Of a DNA stretch of 64,000 nucleotides, positions 31,715-42,363 are shown in pieces (positions within the stretch are counted from its first letter, which is position 1; each line of letters begins with the position of its first letter). The stretch is from contig CP147779.1 of assembly GCA_037308085.1 (NCBI GenBank), positions 1,536,001 to 1,600,000 of the forward strand, read 5' to 3'. The notes beneath the pieces were generated by a model that had not been told where the DNA came from, did no database searches, and saw only the letters and a program-made list of their open reading frames with translations. The position numbers and the translations under genes were made by a program. The DNA is from Promethearchaeati archaeon SRVP18_Atabeyarchaeia-1. GTDB taxonomy: Archaea > Asgardarchaeota > Atabeyarchaeia > Atabeyarchaeales > Atabeyarchaeaceae.

Positions 31715-32376
31715 GACCTAGAATTTGCAGGCGATTTGAATGGTATGTCTTGTCTTCTCTTATAGATTATGCATTGGACACGTTGCTAGCCGATGCATGA
31801 AGGTGCTTTGGCACCTAGATGATATAAGCCTCAAGCTACCCTCACGTTTACTAGAAGCGGTGGGAGCTGGATCAACTATGGGTGTTGACCTGGGTCTGTA
31901 TCGTTTTCCTGATGGTTTTCTTTGGGGATCATGTATCGGGGACTATGAGACCTTTAGAGGAGCTGAATGACGCAATCGAAGTGGACAAGGTCAATGTCAT
32001 TGGCCACAACTGGTCGTGCGCAATCCACGGCTATACATGGGGATACGGGTTCAAGCCCTTCTTCGCTCTTATGGATGTTGAAGGTGAAGAAAAGGACGTA
32101 GGGGGCTACGAAGACTTGGTCGGCTCCTTGAAGAGAAGGATAACCAAGACTGGAGAATACTACGGCTCAATATGCAGAGACAACGGGTTCCTGCAAAGCT
32201 ACTACCAGAAGTACCATAGTATGGAGAACCCCCTGAAGCAATGGCTTGAATTCTGAATAACGTGTTTCCAACTAGAGCGAGCCCTGGGCGCCAGGATTAT
32301 CACTCTGAATAACCAGAAAAACAAATCAACAAAAAAAGTGAACTAGGCTTCATAGCCGCCGCACTTGCAGGCGCAA

Positions 32377-32775
32377 CTACTCCGTGGTCTTACCGTCGAA
32401 TTTCTCTGGTTTTGCTGCTGCTTCCGATTTTGTGTGACGAACTACCTTGTCCTGGTGCTCGGGAGGCGAATAGATCGTATAGAGTTTGAGCTCCGATTGC
32501 TTAGAGGTGTTGACTACATTGTGCTTGGCGCCCGCGGGGACGATAACTCCATCTCCATCCTTGACGCGGTGTTCAACGCGGTCAATAATCACCTTTCCTT
32601 CTCCTCCCTCAAATCGAAAGAATTGATCAACGTTGCTGTGCGTTTCCATGCCTATTTCTTCCCCAGGCTTGAGGCTCATGAGCACAAGCTGGCTGTGCTT
32701 TCCCGTGTACAGTACACGGCGGAAATCGGCATTCTTCCTCGTCTCACTTTCAAGAGCCGCTACATACCCTTTCAT
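32377..32775 (-). CDS. Cupin-domain protein
   Basis: EIGMETH..DQFF, VPAG..HNV, YSPPEH. Confidence 0.88.
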   Translation of the reverse strand: MKGYVAALESETRKNADFRRVLYTGKHSQLVLMSLKPGEEIGMETHSNVDQFFRFEGGEGKVIIDRVEHRVKDGDGVIVPAGAKHNVVNTSKQSELKLYTIYSPPEHQDKVVRHTKSEAAAKPEKFDGKTTE

Positions 32776-33026
32776 ATACATCACCACGATTTTTCTAACA
32801 CCCACTGCTAGACTTCTCCAGACAGCATTATGCAACCGTATCTATTAAGATGTTGGGAACCTAGACGGATGCAAAGACGAGACGCCACGATAAGACTGCC
32901 ATTCTCAGTGCAAACTGATTCTGCTCCTATTGCCGCCTTCTTGTGCTTCCTGCTACACATCTTCCAAGCTTCAATTGATGACAAAAAAAGGAAGAGATGG
33001 TTTAGGTAGACCATGCAATCTTTTCC

Positions 33027-34478
33027 CTAAAGTTTCAGTCCCGCTGCTGTGCGCTTGCCAAGCTCGGAATCAGCTTTCGCTAGGTTAGCCATCATACGCT
33101 GCTGAATCTGCTTGTTCGCCTTTCCAAGGGAATCGACTATGTTGTCAACTAGATGGTCCTGATCCACCTTGCTAAGCGAACGGTAGCGCTCGCCAGCCTG
33201 CTGGAAATCATTGGTCAGAGAGATCTTCTTTCGCACGATGTCTCCCTCTAGATGAGGGTGACTCACGATGATGCTTGGTGTCTCATGGGGCATTCCATCA
33301 GCCAGCGTATTGGGCTCATAGTTGACAGTGCCTCCACCATACGGCGCATATTGCATGAAGCCATCACGCTGGTTGTTGCTGACTGGTACTTTCGGTTGGT
33401 TCACTGGAATCTGTAGATAGTTGGGGCCTAGCCTGTGCCGCTGTGTGTCCGCGTAGCTGAAGACTCTGCCTTGCAGGAGTTTGTCGGCTGAGAGTTCTAC
33501 TCCTGGGACGATTGAGGCTGGGCAGAAAGCAGCTTGTTCTGTTTCGGCGAAGAAATTCTCTGGGTTGCGATCCAGTACCATCTTGCCAACTGGAATCAGT
33601 GGGAACTTGTTCTCTGGCCATGTCTTCGTAGGATCGAGTGGATCGAATTCCTGCTTCAATTCATCAGGGATTTCCATAGTTTGGACGTTCAATTCGTATT
33701 CCACGGTCTTCCCAGACGCGATTGTGTCGTATAGGTCACGTGTTGCGATGTCTGGGTCTTCCCCCGCGAAACGGGTTGACTCGTGGCGGTCGATCGTCTC
33801 TATCCCAGCCATCGGCTTCCAATGATACTTGACGTAGATAGCCTTGCCTTCCGCGTTCACCCACTTGTAGGTGTTTACGCCGAATCCTTCCATTTTTCTG
33901 TAGCTCTTGACCGTTCCTCGATCGGAGAATAGCCAAGTGATCATGTGGGTCGACTCGGGTGTCAAAGAGATGAAATCCCAGAAGCGGCTGTTCGCTGACG
34001 AGCTGGTCGGTATGCCCGTGTCAGGTGCAGGCTTGAAGGCATGTACCATGTCAGGGAACTTGATAGCGTCTCGAATGAAGAACACTGGCAGATTATTGCC
34101 TACTATATCATAGTTTCCATCTTCGGTGTAGAACTTGACTGCAAAACCCCTAGGATCACGGGCGGTATCGGCTGATCCCCGTGAACCCACCACAGTGGAG
34201 AAACGAACGAAGACCGGTGTCTTCTTCTTCGGGTCCTGAAGGAATTTCGCGCAGGTGTACTTCGCCATACTCTTGTAGACTTGGAAGTAGCCGTGAGCAC
34301 CGGCACCCTTGGCGTGCACGACACGCTCCGGAATGCGCTCACGGTCGAAGTGCGCAAGTTTCTCAATCAAGTGCACATCTTGCAGTAAGACGGGACCTCG
34401 CTCGCCAACTGTGAGTGAATTCTGGTTGTCGCTGACGGGAACCCCTTGATTTGTGGTCAGTTGCTTGTCTTTCGCCAT
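33027..34478 (-). CDS. katA: Monofunctional heme catalase
   Basis: FDRERIPERVVHAKG, VRFSTV, RVFSYADTQ. Confidence 0.96.
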   Translation of the reverse strand: MAKDKQLTTNQGVPVSDNQNSLTVGERGPVLLQDVHLIEKLAHFDRERIPERVVHAKGAGAHGYFQVYKSMAKYTCAKFLQDPKKKTPVFVRFSTVVGSRGSADTARDPRGFAVKFYTEDGNYDIVGNNLPVFFIRDAIKFPDMVHAFKPAPDTGIPTSSSANSRFWDFISLTPESTHMITWLFSDRGTVKSYRKMEGFGVNTYKWVNAEGKAIYVKYHWKPMAGIETIDRHESTRFAGEDPDIATRDLYDTIASGKTVEYELNVQTMEIPDELKQEFDPLDPTKTWPENKFPLIPVGKMVLDRNPENFFAETEQAAFCPASIVPGVELSADKLLQGRVFSYADTQRHRLGPNYLQIPVNQPKVPVSNNQRDGFMQYAPYGGGTVNYEPNTLADGMPHETPSIIVSHPHLEGDIVRKKISLTNDFQQAGERYRSLSKVDQDHLVDNIVDSLGKANKQIQQRMMANLAKADSELGKRTAAGLKL

Positions 34479-34536
34479 TACTGATATCCTCCTCTCATAC
34501 ATTATCCTTGCACAAGGGTATGTACGGAAGGCTATT

Positions 34537-34548
34537 TAATAGCTATTA
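34537..34548. promoter_or_regulatory. Putative PerR/Fur operator between divergent catalase and perR
   Basis: Perfect palindrome TAATAGCTATTA in an AT-rich divergent promoter. Confidence 0.5.
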
Positions 34549-34564
34549 TTACTTAATAGTAGCT

Positions 34565-35035
34565 ATGAACGAATACCAAGAATCCGACCTCCCTATAATC
34601 GAGGCTTTCCGTAAGAAAGGTTACAAAGCAACTCCACAGCGGATAGCGATCTGTCGACTTGCCCTTCGCACCCGCGGGCATCCAAGCGCACAAGCGATAT
34701 ACCAGCAGGTAAGGGCAGTCTTCCCGACTGTGAGCCTTGCAACAGTCTACAAAACTCTTCAGACCCTAGGTGAACTCGGACTGATCCAACAACTTAATTT
34801 CCCGCAGAGCCAAGCCAGATTCGATTCCTACATGAATCCTCACATAAATCTCGTCTGCACGCAATGCGGGAATATCCAAGATCTGGACGATCGTGCTGCA
34901 CGAGAACTGGTGGACAGAGCCTCCTCGGCGGCCAAATTCACCGCAACGGGGCAACGCCTCGACATATATGGCATTTGTGATAGGTGCCGAAAGAGAGGAA
35001 GAACTGCGCCGGTCGAGACCGCAATGGTTGACTAG
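34565..35035 (+). CDS. perR: Fur/PerR family regulator
   Basis: TPQR, HPSA, SLATVYKTL, H.NLVCTQCG, GICDRC; divergent from catalase. Confidence 0.85.
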   Translation: MNEYQESDLPIIEAFRKKGYKATPQRIAICRLALRTRGHPSAQAIYQQVRAVFPTVSLATVYKTLQTLGELGLIQQLNFPQSQARFDSYMNPHINLVCTQCGNIQDLDDRAARELVDRASSAAKFTATGQRLDIYGICDRCRKRGRTAPVETAMVD

Positions 35036-35343
35036 AACTTGGAGCTGGGTCTGTTTCTATTCGAGAAGCATGCACCAAGCTTTCTCTCTCGCTTCGTGGA
35101 GAGATCCTTTGGACTCTCACTTCGATTTCTTTTGTCAAGGATAATCGCAGGTATTCTTTGGTAACGTCATAAATCAACCCCAATCCGGGCAAAATGCGTA
35201 AGCGATCTCATTTACATTGATTTCGTACTAGCTTAAGTAGTGGACTCTTCAATTGCTCTAGGCAAGAAAGGATGGGGTCACGCCTTTCTTCAGGGCAGGA
35301 CACATAACAGGAATACTCTGCAGCGATTCCTGGCGGAGCTGAT

Positions 35344-36678
35344 TTGATGGATAGAATCTCCATTGAAAAGGTTCTACGAATGATAAGCGTTGTAGGAATA
35401 TTGGTCTGCGGAATCACTTTCCTTGTAGTTGTTCTTCCTCTGGCTAGCATAATATCCTATGACATTATGTTGCCCCCGACAGTTATGGACATACTACTTG
35501 GAATGTTCGTGACAGTCACTCTAGTCCTTGCTCTTTCGATGGTTTTGTCCGTCAAATCGCGTATGCGCCTGATAAAACCCAGAAGGCGGCAATCTCACTT
35601 GGTATTGAATGTCTTTGCCATTCTATTCTTGATTGCCATACCATTTTGCACTGCGACCATCTCAAATGCATACCAAGAGCCCAACACCTATCAACCGCTT
35701 AGCACTTTTGATCAAACCAATTGGGTTCACTTCAATGGTACAGCTTGGGGGCAGAGCCAAGAAAAGGTTTGGAGCGAATTGAATTATCTCTGGGGGGACA
35801 AACCGGAAATTGCGCCTTTGAATCCACAAGTCCTTGAGCAGACCCATTTACAGGGATATACGCGTCTCAAGATGCAGATTTCGGTAGAGAATTCTGGCAT
35901 CCCCCAATGGGACGTCGTGCCCTTCTACTTGTTAGTCCCTGATACCCCGCGAGCCTATCCATGCCCAGTGGTGATTGTGCACCATCAGCATAATGGAAGG
36001 TTTGAATATGGCAAGATGGAGCCCTGTGGCATAGCTGGAGACCCGCGACAGGCAATTGGGGTCGATCTTGTTCAGCGCGGATATATTGTCGCTTGTCCTG
36101 ACGCTCTGTGTTTTGGTGAGCGCCAAGTCTATTTTGGCGAAAAATACACTGGCATGCTAATGTTCATGCTCAATCGCACTCTCAATTTCAAGTATATCTG
36201 GGATGTCAGCCGTCTCATAGACTACTTGGTGACACGCTCCGATGTCAACGAATCGCGCATTGGGATAATGGGTCACTCGCTTGGAGGTCAAATGGCAGTA
36301 TGGTGCGCCGTCTACGATCCTCGAATAAAGGTGGTTCTTTCGAATTGCGGAATCGGGAAAATAAGTGGAAACAACTCGATCATCGAAGAGGGGTCTTTCC
36401 AGAACTACGCTTTCTATGTACCTGGCATAGTGAAACTGAATCTGAAAATGGAAGAGATAATTGGGCTAATCGGAAACCGATCACTCTTCCTAGCAGCGGG
36501 CACTGAGGATCACGGCTTGCCGATCAACGGCGTGGCAGAAATACATAATTGGCTTGAAGAGAAATACGCCTACTACGGTCATTCAAACAATCTCGTCACC
36601 CTGCGATTTGTCGGCGGACACATGCTTCCAACCGACACGAAGCTGAGGATGTATGGTTTCTTGGATCAGGAATTGTGA
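35344..36678 (+). CDS. Membrane-anchored alpha/beta hydrolase (dienelactone-hydrolase-like)
   Basis: 3 N-terminal TM helices; GHSLGG; Asp and His of the triad (GTED, GGH). Confidence 0.85.
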   Translation: MMDRISIEKVLRMISVVGILVCGITFLVVVLPLASIISYDIMLPPTVMDILLGMFVTVTLVLALSMVLSVKSRMRLIKPRRRQSHLVLNVFAILFLIAIPFCTATISNAYQEPNTYQPLSTFDQTNWVHFNGTAWGQSQEKVWSELNYLWGDKPEIAPLNPQVLEQTHLQGYTRLKMQISVENSGIPQWDVVPFYLLVPDTPRAYPCPVVIVHHQHNGRFEYGKMEPCGIAGDPRQAIGVDLVQRGYIVACPDALCFGERQVYFGEKYTGMLMFMLNRTLNFKYIWDVSRLIDYLVTRSDVNESRIGIMGHSLGGQMAVWCAVYDPRIKVVLSNCGIGKISGNNSIIEEGSFQNYAFYVPGIVKLNLKMEEIIGLIGNRSLFLAAGTEDHGLPINGVAEIHNWLEEKYAYYGHSNNLVTLRFVGGHMLPTDTKLRMYGFLDQEL

Positions 36679-36712
36679 GTAATCTTGGACGGTCAAGTGG
36701 TGGGGTGGACCT

Positions 36713-37084
36713 TTGAGAATAGAAATAAGTAAATTCCTTGCTATGCTAAGAATAACATTGAGCTCACTTCTAATCGCATTGGCGATTCCTCTGGGTGAGA
36801 CATTTCAGCGCCTGATGGCAATGAACTATCGTGCGGAATATACGTTTGAGGTTCCAATCGGCACCCAGATGAGCAACCTGGGCACTTTCTGCTTGGTTAC
36901 AATGCTTCTCATAGCCGCAGGTTGGGGTATATTGACTAGCCTACTTCCTGAATTCGGAGAGAACCCAACAACTAGAATCCGGGAACTGCGGGTAATTGTC
37001 TTCCTCATTCTTTTGATCTTGTTGATTGGAATGGCGATTGTCGGGAACTATTTCGCCCAGAAAATCGACCGATGGTCATTCTAG
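36713..37084 (+). CDS. Small membrane protein
   Basis: 3 hydrophobic helices. Confidence 0.55.
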   Translation: MRIEISKFLAMLRITLSSLLIALAIPLGETFQRLMAMNYRAEYTFEVPIGTQMSNLGTFCLVTMLLIAAGWGILTSLLPEFGENPTTRIRELRVIVFLILLILLIGMAIVGNYFAQKIDRWSF

Positions 37085-37330
37085 CGCACTTGGGGACTCC
37101 AATATTCTGTGGCACTTGAATCTAGCTCCCCTCCAGAAATCTTTCTACCTGTCAACCTCACACTTTCGCCACCACCTCATATTTGGATATGGTTCAACGG
37201 CAAACATCTTCTTTCTAGAAATGGATTGAGCAAGAAACCCGACACGCTTCAGCGGTTGGATGAATTGTGTGCCATCCTTTAGACTGGGCAATCCCAAACC
37301 TTATGGTGGGCTATCATCTAAGGCGTTTAT

Positions 37331-37726
37331 ATGCCAAGAGGTTATCAAAAGACATCCACAACTATTTACCTGATGAACTACCACTTCGTGTGGAGCCCAA
37401 GATACAGGAGAAAACTGCTGGTCGGGAAGGTCGCCAAGAGGCTGGAGCACTTAATATACGAAAAGGCGAAACAACTGGAGTGCCGAGTTATCCAGCTAGG
37501 AATCATGCCTGACCATGTGCACCTCTTCATAGAGAGCAACCCGAGGATATCCCCAAACCGGGTCATAGGAGAGATGAAAGGCTACACATCACGGGTTCTG
37601 AGGCACGAGTTCCCAGAGCTGCTGAGGATGCCGACTCTATGGACAAGAAGCTACTTCGCCAGCACGGCAGAAAACGTAAGCTCAAAGATAATAGAGGAGT
37701 ACATTGAGGCTCAGAAAGGAGCTTGA
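37331..37726 (+). CDS. tnpA: IS200/IS605 Y1 (HUH) transposase
   Basis: YHFVW.P.YR, DHVHL, LW.RSYF, YI..Q. Confidence 0.95.
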   Translation: MPRGYQKTSTTIYLMNYHFVWSPRYRRKLLVGKVAKRLEHLIYEKAKQLECRVIQLGIMPDHVHLFIESNPRISPNRVIGEMKGYTSRVLRHEFPELLRMPTLWTRSYFASTAENVSSKIIEEYIEAQKGA

Positions 37727-37730
37727 AACC

Positions 37731-39056
37731 ATGCAGGTTACCAAGACCGTCAGGATACCTGTGCACTACTCAATAACGAGGCATAAGCTAGGCATCATAG
37801 ACAAGCTGACGGCCAGGTTGACTTGCGGGGTAGACTTGTGGTCACGGCTGATCGAGGAATACGGCATTAAAGAGAGGGGTAAGCTCAGAAGCCGCGCTTT
37901 TGAGGCTCAGGTGAAGGAGAGAACTGGTCTTGGGGCTGGTCTAGTCCAGTGCTGCGGGGATACTGCCCTCTGGATGTGGCGAAGCTACAGGGAGCTGCAT
38001 AGAGCCTGGGCGGAAGCAGTGGAGATGGCTGGGAGACGAAAGGAGTGGGAATGGCATGGGAAGCTCCTAAGGAGAGAACCCAGGAAACCGCTCACTAGCG
38101 GTCTCAGTCACAAGGTCCCAATCTGGTTCGACTACCGCGTAGGCAAGCTGGAGCACGCCAAGAGTATCAGGATCGCAAGTCACGTTATCCGCGTAGCTAC
38201 GCTGCGGAAAGGTGAATGGGTCACAATTCCGCTTAATGCTGCCCCTTATCATGCTAAGCTGCTTGAGCTGGGGACAGCCAAGAGCTTCCAAATCGTGAAG
38301 AAAGACTCCAAGTACTATGTCCATGTCAAGATTGATTATGACGTGCCGGATAGGCCTGTTGCGGGCGTTCTGGGCGTGGATCTGGGGGTTAAGCGCCAGG
38401 CGGCAACCGTGTTGCTGATCGGCGAGAAGCCCCGAATCACTCCACGGTCCTTCACGACAATCCGGGATGGAGAGAAGAGGCACCGCCTTGACAGGCTGAA
38501 CAGGCTTGTCTCCGACCTGCAGCAAGCAGGGAAGTACGATGCCCTGAGGCGGCTAAGGCACAAAAGGAAGCGCGTCGCAGAGCACTTCGACCGTGTATCC
38601 GCTGTGACGCTCGCCGACATGTCTGAGGGATGTCTCCTCGTCGTCGGCTACCCGAAGGGCATAAAATACAGGAGCTACAGGGGCAACGGCAAGAGAAAGC
38701 TGCGGAAGGCGCTGACGCGCTGGAGCTACGGCCGCATCATGCGGTTCACGGTGGAGGAGAGGGCTGAGAGAGGTCTTCCGACGTTGGTCGTTGATGAGCG
38801 GTGGACCTCCAGGACGTGCTGGAAGTGTGGCTCAAGGCAGACCCTCCGCTTGAACCAGTCGACCCTCTTCTGCCGGTGCTGTGGTATGACTTTCAACGCT
38901 GACTACAACGGTGCGTTGAACATCGGCCTGCCTTACTTGGCTAATGCCGCGGGTCGAGGGGCTGCAGATGAGCCAGCCCAGGAAACCGGGGATGAACAGG
39001 CAAGAGAAATAGTAGCCTGCAAGCCCGGAAGCCAACACCCTTCAAGGGGTTGGTAG
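37731..39056 (+). CDS. tnpB: TnpB with rearranged RuvC-II
   Basis: GVDLG; VVGYP at the canonical Glu position; DERWTS; CWKC..CRCC; NADYNGA.NI. Confidence 0.9.
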   Translation: MQVTKTVRIPVHYSITRHKLGIIDKLTARLTCGVDLWSRLIEEYGIKERGKLRSRAFEAQVKERTGLGAGLVQCCGDTALWMWRSYRELHRAWAEAVEMAGRRKEWEWHGKLLRREPRKPLTSGLSHKVPIWFDYRVGKLEHAKSIRIASHVIRVATLRKGEWVTIPLNAAPYHAKLLELGTAKSFQIVKKDSKYYVHVKIDYDVPDRPVAGVLGVDLGVKRQAATVLLIGEKPRITPRSFTTIRDGEKRHRLDRLNRLVSDLQQAGKYDALRRLRHKRKRVAEHFDRVSAVTLADMSEGCLLVVGYPKGIKYRSYRGNGKRKLRKALTRWSYGRIMRFTVEERAERGLPTLVVDERWTSRTCWKCGSRQTLRLNQSTLFCRCCGMTFNADYNGALNIGLPYLANAAGRGAADEPAQETGDEQAREIVACKPGSQHPSRGW

Positions 39057-39102
39057 CTCACACTAGGAGTGTGTCACTTCGTGATCCGGAGATGTGGAGT
39101 AG

Positions 39103-39366
39103 ATGGAAGGCAAATGCCCTTACTGTGATTCGGAAATCGCTTCCGATCAGATGGACGCTCACCTGAGAAAACACATATTGCCATTGCAGGCGAAAATCGA
39201 CAACGTGACAGTGGATTATGGAAATAGAGTGGCTTTTATTCACGTTGTCGTGGGAGAGAGGGGCAATGCCAAGGGCATTGACACCGCGGTCTCGCTGCCA
39301 CTGGAAATGAAGATACTTGGCAAGGTAGAAGTCGCGGGTTTTTCTTTTAGTCTATTACCCGACTAG
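39103..39366 (+). CDS. Small protein with N-terminal C2H2-like Zn finger
   Basis: CPYC-x9-HLRKH. Confidence 0.55.
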   Translation: MEGKCPYCDSEIASDQMDAHLRKHILPLQAKIDNVTVDYGNRVAFIHVVVGERGNAKGIDTAVSLPLEMKILGKVEVAGFSFSLLPD

Positions 39367-39511
39367 ATATTCACTTGACGAAACGTAGAGTGCAAGCCCA
39401 CGCTCTTTTGGGGTGGGTCCCAACGGTTCCTTAAATACTTTCTCGAGAATACCTGCCTATGCTCAGGACCTGAACTGCTCTGTTTAAGCCCAAAAGAGCA
39501 GGTGGAAAAGA

Positions 39512-39856
39512 ATGGGTAAGAGAAGCATAGTTGAATTGAGGTTCAAATTGGCCGATGGTTTAAGGGATAGGCTATTGAGGAAGCAGTTAGTGGATGAGAG
39601 TGTAGTCTGCTTGCAGAGCGATAATCAAATCATAGATTCTTATTTGCGCTGTGCAGATTGTGGAGAGAGGAATATCCCAGATAAAATTGTTGATTTGGTG
39701 TTAGAAGCAATGCAGAACTCTGTAGCTGTAGCTTTAGATGAGGTTGATCCAGCAGAGTTTGCAGATGTATTTCTGGAACTAATAGACGGCATCACTTATG
39801 AGGAAAGGACAAACACCCTATTTGTAGAAAAGAGACAGGATGATGATAAAGCTTGA
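39512..39856 (+). CDS. Hypothetical acidic protein
   Basis: 114-aa ATG ORF with CADC; AGGTGG upstream. Confidence 0.55.
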   Translation: MGKRSIVELRFKLADGLRDRLLRKQLVDESVVCLQSDNQIIDSYLRCADCGERNIPDKIVDLVLEAMQNSVAVALDEVDPAEFADVFLELIDGITYEERTNTLFVEKRQDDDKA

Positions 39857-39946
39857 TAACTAAGCGAATCTTTGAGAAATAGAATAACACTCTTGAAAGA
39901 AATGAATGCCTCACCATCAACCTGACGTAGGGGATGCGATCAATAA

Positions 39947-40489
39947 ATGGCAAATAATAAACTTACTAACATTACTGCAGAACCAGGAGGACGAGAGATC
40001 GTCATCACCCGAGTCTTCGAAGCGCCGCGCGAACACGTGTTCAAGGCGTACACGGATCCGAATCTCATACCCCTATGGTGGGGTCCGAAAAAGTATGCTG
40101 CTACTGTTGACAAAATTCAGGTGAGCGCGGGGGGTGTTTGGCGATTCGTCCAGCGTGGACCCGACGGCAATGAGTACGCCTTCAACGGCGTGTATCACGC
40201 GATCGTGCCACCCGAGCGACTTGTCTCCACATTTGAATTCGAAGGTATGCCGGGTCATGTATCGCTTGAAACGGTGAAGTTAGAAGAGCAAGACGGCAAG
40301 ACAAAGCTCACGGCCACATCTGTCTTCCAAACGGTTGAAGATCGCGACGCGATGCTCAAGTCGGGAATGGAGGAAGGAGCGGTCGAGACCATGGATCGTC
40401 TTGCCGAACTTCTGCGAAAGCCTAAAGCGTTAACGAAAGAGAAAAGGGGTGAGTCTAGCCATGATCCCAATTCGAGGAGAGTGAGGTGA
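39947..40489 (+). CDS. SRPBCC/AHSA1-domain protein
   Basis: ITRVFEAPR..VF.A.TDP....WWGP, GG.WRF, SGMEEG. Confidence 0.9.
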   Translation: MANNKLTNITAEPGGREIVITRVFEAPREHVFKAYTDPNLIPLWWGPKKYAATVDKIQVSAGGVWRFVQRGPDGNEYAFNGVYHAIVPPERLVSTFEFEGMPGHVSLETVKLEEQDGKTKLTATSVFQTVEDRDAMLKSGMEEGAVETMDRLAELLRKPKALTKEKRGESSHDPNSRRVR

Positions 40490-40630
40490 GATTGCAGTCC
40501 ACAACTTCTAAGTAGAGCCACGTGGAATGATCCGTGAAGCAGTTTCGGGAGGAAACTGACAGTAGGAGAGTGCGCTCCTTTTTGGGAAAGACGGAACCGA
40601 AAGACTCAAAGACTCTACGGTATTTGAGTC
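40461..40630 (+). repeat. 170-bp duplicated segment, copy 1 (copy 2 at 56211-56380), ending in the 33-bp repeat
   Basis: Collinear, high similarity by eye; reads as the relic 3' end of a gene (..EIAVxNFxVEPxGMIxEAVSGGN*). Confidence 0.85.
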
Positions 40631-40795
40631 CTATTCCGCGATACTTCTTTTTCGAGGCGGGGTCAACTTGACTAGCAAGAGAAACTACCCCTGACAATAA
40701 AGAAGGGATGCTAGCATGTGCCGCACGAGTGACGTCTTGTAGCCCCCTGCCCATGAAAATCAGGTCAGAAAAGAGCATTGAAAGCGTTCCATGCA

Positions 40796-41638
40796 CTAAG
40801 CAGGCTTTTCCTTATCCATCTCATCTAGCAAGACCTGTACATCGTCTTCGTCTAAAAGGTCAAACCTTGTTATTCTCCATTGGACTTTCCGACATATTGG
40901 AGTGCCTGGATATGCTCCAACATCGTACAGCTCGTAGTTTCGGAAGATTGTTGGCTTCTCTTGGTAGCATGTCCACACCGCCTTCTTTAAAGTATCAGTA
41001 TCTTCAACTCCTGTGAGATCTATGATTGCCACCTGTTTTCTAAACCTATCAACAGCTTCCATTGTGATGTTGAAAAGGTAAGGCTTGAGTGCCCTCGCAC
41101 CCTTTATGCGTCTTCCCTTGTCAAGCCCCTCTTCGATTAACGCCTTAATAGCCATCCCAGGCATATGCCCCTCAACGCCTCTCCCACATAGTACGAGGTA
41201 GCGTATGTTCGGGTTAGCAACGATATTCGCAATGATTTTCTCGATCCCGATGTTCGCTGTTTGCAGGGTTCCCGCTAGTGCTGCGCCGGACTCGATGGCA
41301 CTCCTTACAAGAGTTTCGATGCCACTGGGGATCTCGCCATAAGATGAACTTAGAAGGGTAATGACAGCTACTGGGGAGTAATCATTTCCTCGGAGATAGT
41401 GCCCATCCTCTGGAGGATAATCATCTGGAGGCTTAACCTTCCGTATCTCCTCAATAATCTCTATCGCTCCTTGAGGACACTTCTCCTCGCATCCTCCGCA
41501 TCTCGAGCATTTCTCCTCTGCCACTGGGACAGCTAGTTCTCTCTCACCGACGGTTCGAAATTCATAGATTCCTTGAGGGCAGGTGTCCACGCAGACGCCG
41601 CATCCCGAGCACTTGTCTTCGTCAACCTTGATCTTCAC
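40796..41638 (-). CDS. 2x[4Fe-4S] ferredoxin-MtrA (corrinoid-binding) fusion
   Basis: CSGCGVCVDTCP and CSRCGGCEEKCP; TANIGIEKIIANIVANPNIRYLVLCG..VEGH; GTG start overlaps the upstream TGA. Confidence 0.88.
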   Translation of the reverse strand: MKIKVDEDKCSGCGVCVDTCPQGIYEFRTVGERELAVPVAEEKCSRCGGCEEKCPQGAIEIIEEIRKVKPPDDYPPEDGHYLRGNDYSPVAVITLLSSSYGEIPSGIETLVRSAIESGAALAGTLQTANIGIEKIIANIVANPNIRYLVLCGRGVEGHMPGMAIKALIEEGLDKGRRIKGARALKPYLFNITMEAVDRFRKQVAIIDLTGVEDTDTLKKAVWTCYQEKPTIFRNYELYDVGAYPGTPICRKVQWRITRFDLLDEDDVQVLLDEMDKEKPA

Positions 41639-42363
41639 TGTCTCCCTGCGCCTCGCTCCCTCGCTGCCTTCTTGATGCGTTCGATTAGACTTAGCTCCTC
41701 GCTTGTCGTCTGGTACTTCCACGGTTCCTTGACCCTTACGGTTATCTTGGTACATATCGCTGGCTTGGGGTAGGCTCCTTCATCATGGAGAAGGTAGCCT
41801 CTGAACTCCACGGGCCTCCTGCTTCTGCACGCTGAGACAGCCTCCCTGACGTATTTAGCATTCATTCCGAGCCAGGGTTCATCCTCTGATATCAGGTTGA
41901 CAGGTTTAATCTGCTCCCTAAACCTCTCAGTTGCCTCTAGCGGCAGATTGTATAGGAATGGTGTTGGGGCCTCAGCCCCGATTATTCTTCGCTTCTCGTC
42001 CACTCCGTTCCCCAAGAGTTTCATAATCGCGTCCGCAGTCAAGTGGCCCGCAGACTCTCTCCAGCATATCACGAGGTATCGTATGTTCGGATTAGCCACA
42101 ACATTCGCAATGATTTTCTCGATCCCAATGTTCTCCGTCTGCACGCTTCCCGCAAGGGTAGCACCGCAGTCTATCGCGGTGCCAATGAGCTCGCTGAGTT
42201 CGACTGGAATATTAGATTCAAGTGTGTCAAGGATCGCCGCTACAGCAACCGGGGAATAATCATCTCCTCTAATGTATCTACCCTCTTCAGGCGGGTACCC
42301 TGGTGGCGGTTTGACCTTGGGGACATCCATACCACTATTCACGTCTACGTTATCACCTCTCAA
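41635..42363 (-). CDS. Soluble MtrA-like corrinoid protein
   Basis: YPPEEGRY.RG...SPVAV, TENIGIEK..NPNIRYL..GH; no C-terminal membrane anchor. Confidence 0.88.
   Translation of the reverse strand: MRGDNVDVNSGMDVPKVKPPPGYPPEEGRYIRGDDYSPVAVAAILDTLESNIPVELSELIGTAIDCGATLAGSVQTENIGIEKIIANVVANPNIRYLVICWRESAGHLTADAIMKLLGNGVDEKRRIIGAEAPTPFLYNLPLEATERFREQIKPVNLISEDEPWLGMNAKYVREAVSACRSRRPVEFRGYLLHDEGAYPKPAICTKITVRVKEPWKYQTTSEELSLIERIKKAARERGAGRQ

Larger units (their letters stand above)
37229..39061 (+). mobile_element. Complete IS605-group element (tnpA+tnpB)
   Basis: Subterminal hairpins at both ends; right end terminates GCTCAC; left boundary approximate. Confidence 0.88.

Noticed and set aside
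31882-32256. 124-aa ORF with VIGHNW (hydrolase-like nucleophile elbow)
   Set aside because: Resemblance too short and the rest is unrelated; cannot support a call.
21598-42363. mtxX and mtrA as evidence of methanogenesis
   Set aside because: No mcr or other mtr subunits in the window; these families occur in non-methanogens; the genes are about 18 kb apart.
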